Shown: piece by piece, positions 61,701 to 64,000 of the stretch
Layout: the number at the start of each line of letters is the position of its first letter
How positions within the stretch are numbered: the stretch's first letter is position 1
Assembly (NCBI GenBank): GCA_904063045.1
Contig: CAJFCJ010000019.1
Span: forward strand, 1,503,700 to 1,567,699
Source: Dimorphilus gyrociliatus
Lineage: Eukaryota; Animalia; Annelida
Length of the DNA stretch: 64,000 bases
Direction of reading: 5' to 3'
Made by a program: the position numbers and the translations under genes
The notes under the pieces: generated by a model
What the model was told of the DNA's origin: nothing
Databases searched by the model: none
The model's input: only the letters and a program-made list of their open reading frames with translations

Positions 61701-64000
61701 TAATGAAAACTAATTAGCTACGTTTATTACGCTATAATATAAATATATCATACGTATGGTGTACAGGTAATATCTGAAATACCCAAAGTAAACCCAGCAT
61801 ATTGTAAGAAATATGTAAATAGTCTAGCGAAGCGAGTTAGCAGGTCATTAGCAACTTGTCCTCCATATACCTGGAAATAATTTTTTTAACCAAAGAAATG
61901 AAAGGGACACAACTAACCTCATAAATACAATGAACAAGACCGTATTTGGTCGGCCCGTAATGAGCTTTATCTAATACTCCAACAAGTAATTCTGCTTCAC
62001 GAAACACAACTGTACTCTCATCCATATGTTTTTCTGCGTCTATTTGATATTTTTCATTTTCACTAATTGACCATTCCCGTCTGCAATTATCATAAAGGAA
62101 TAAATTTTAAGCCTTTGAATGCAATAGAATAGATAGCTCACGGTGAAACTTTAGCAGAACCATATAAATTGATTGGAGTTTTATTTGAGGGGATAGTATT
62201 AAGAATGATGGTTGTAATAACCTAAAAAAGTGGTCAAGTAATTATTTTTTCATCGATTTACTAAACAAAAGAGCTGAAAAAGTGTATTCCTCACTTGTTT
62301 TCCAGTCCATAAGGGCTTAGGCTTCAATATTGTTGGGGGCAATATCTTTAATTTCTTGTGATTATCAGATAAGGCACTAGTAATCAATTGATAGTAGTGT
62401 TGTTTGTCAAAAAATCGACCTCTAACGCTTAATTTAACGCCGGATATCATATGATCTTGAATTAAACCACCGAGCGGTGAACCATCCTTAGGCACAGTAT
62501 AATGATGATTTGTTGCTACTAAATTATAAGCTTCGGATCTAGCTATTTCATTTTGCGGGAAATGGGCATTCATTTCATCTCCATCAAAATCAGCATTATA
62601 AGCTTTGCAATTTGAATAATGAAGTCGGAGAGTTTTTTCATTTGCCAATACTCGCGCTCTATGAGCTTGAATACTTGGCCTATGTAAACTTGGTTGACGA
62701 TTAAGTAAAAGTACATCGCCATTTTTCAAATGCCTATATACAACTTTATGAGCAACTTTGCCATATTTTCCTTCAACGGATGTCAAGGGTTTCAATAATT
62801 GTTTGGCAATTGCTTCTCTTTGGTTTTTATTAGAACGTGATAAAACAATTTTTGCCCCTTGCTCATCAATTACATGAGTAGCACTAAAATTAAAATTGAA
62901 ACTATTTATCAGAGAGCTATAGTTAACAATATCTAAGAATTACCCTGGATATATATTCGGTCCATTTATTACGGCTTCTTTCAACGCCCTAAAGTTGTTT
63001 GACGTAACATACTGCGGATACGTCAATTTGGTAGCAAAAACGTAAGGTATCCCTATTTCATTCGCACTTATAAAAGGATCGGGTGATATAACGGAGCGAG
63101 CTGCATAATTAACTCTTTTGCCCATCATATTCATTCTTAGCATACCCTCTTTTTTTTCCAATATCTGATAATATTAAGACTTATTATATGATAAAGTATT
63201 GAATTCTTAAATATAAATGACCTGTTTAACTCCTCGATTTTTTTCCATTGATAATTTATCCAAATCTGAATCAACTATCGCGTTGACTGACCTTTGTAAG
63301 TTTAACCACGCATAGTTTATTTTATCTATCATACTATTTCCAGGATACATGTTTAAGTCAAACTATACAAATTTCATTAAGTGTAATTATTAATTTGAAT
63401 TTTACTGTTAAAGATAATACAAAACCTTTTCCGTTACGCCATCCTCTTCCGATTGAGAAATAGTTAATAGCTTTTTAATATTGTCCGATGCCTGTATAAC
63501 TTTTGAGAAAATAACGCTTTGTTCATGTTCAAATAATTGACCGCCAACAGGATTCGTCTACAAATATACAATATATATTAAGTATACTGTATACTTTGAA
63601 AAGGAAACTTTTAACTAAACAACTAACTGGTCTAAATTTTGGCGGTGGTACCGGAATAGATCCAAGAACGAAAACCTCTGTAGTACTCGTTCCAATTCCA
63701 CTAAGCATTAGTTCTAATAGTTCTTTGTCATGTTGCCATAATAGATTTAAATGCTCCTCAACACTCATTGGTGTTAAATAGCTTTCGTGTGCTGAAGCAA
63801 TCCCAGTATCCTTTTCTTTCCTATAATTGTAAACGTGAAAATAAATGACCTTTTCAAAAGTACATTATATATAATTATTTACGTTTTAGATTTTCTTATA
63901 TTATCCGTGAAAAATATTTTAGCGTTGTTTTCAGTTGCCAATTTTCTATTTTGTTTCTTGCAGTATGGACAAGATTTAGCAAAAAAGTCTCCTCTTAAGA
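58775..64000 (-). CDS. POLR1A: RNA polymerase I largest subunit RPA1/A190; multi-exon, 5'-partial (begins beyond the window end)
   Basis: [22 protein letters not shown]; [16 protein letters not shown]; catalytic [11 protein letters not shown]; [18 protein letters not shown]; [20 protein letters not shown]; [13 protein letters not shown]; acidic insertion typical of Pol I. Confidence 0.97.

Noticed and set aside
1351-63781. Numerous 60-155-aa antisense or off-frame ORFs in the ORF track (e.g. 1351-1692, 3779-4171, 33398-33709, 50399-50662)
   Set aside because: Shadow frames of real exons, without motifs or splice logic of their own.
1-64000. Transposons, CRISPR arrays, rRNA, prokaryotic systems
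   Set aside because: No transposase or RT motifs, terminal repeats, spaced direct repeats or rRNA sequence seen; the window is spliceosomal-intron eukaryotic DNA throughout.

Overview
Eukaryotic, AT-rich, very gene-dense window from a compact invertebrate animal genome. Most introns are GT-AG and about 45-65 nt; the standard genetic code fits. A miniature spiralian such as an annelid is plausible, but that is only inference. About 21 protein genes were reconstructed by hand across introns: centriolin (5'-partial), a roh-like microprotein, ABHD16A, RRP12, an Ig/GCC-repeat membrane protein, a DUF229 protein, HSBP1, SCLY, RACK1, COX11, DPAGT1, VPS8, PHAX, TMEM167B, IARS1, DRG2, a minimal nanos, a PRMT6-like gene, CTR9, LTV1, SNRNP70, a laminin beta/gamma-like chain and POLR1A (5'-partial). 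There is also a tRNA-Sec gene. Many genes sit in head-to-head pairs. Most notable: (1) the only long internal laminin intron hides an in-frame terminal exon encoding a TM helix, a ~306-aa cytoplasmic tail with periodic LC8-like motifs and a PDZ-type C-terminus, predicting a membrane-anchored laminin isoform; (2) at least seven strong 5' splice-site motifs cluster just after the U1-70K stop codon, a candidate U1 autoregulatory sensor; (3) HSBP1 has a textbook AT-AC U12 intron; (4) SCLY has Pro at the Asp146 selenium-specificity position; (5) nanos has its zinc finger at the N-terminus and almost no 3'UTR; (6) a GAGCGATA motif recurs near gene 5' ends. All family calls come from recalled motifs, not database searches.
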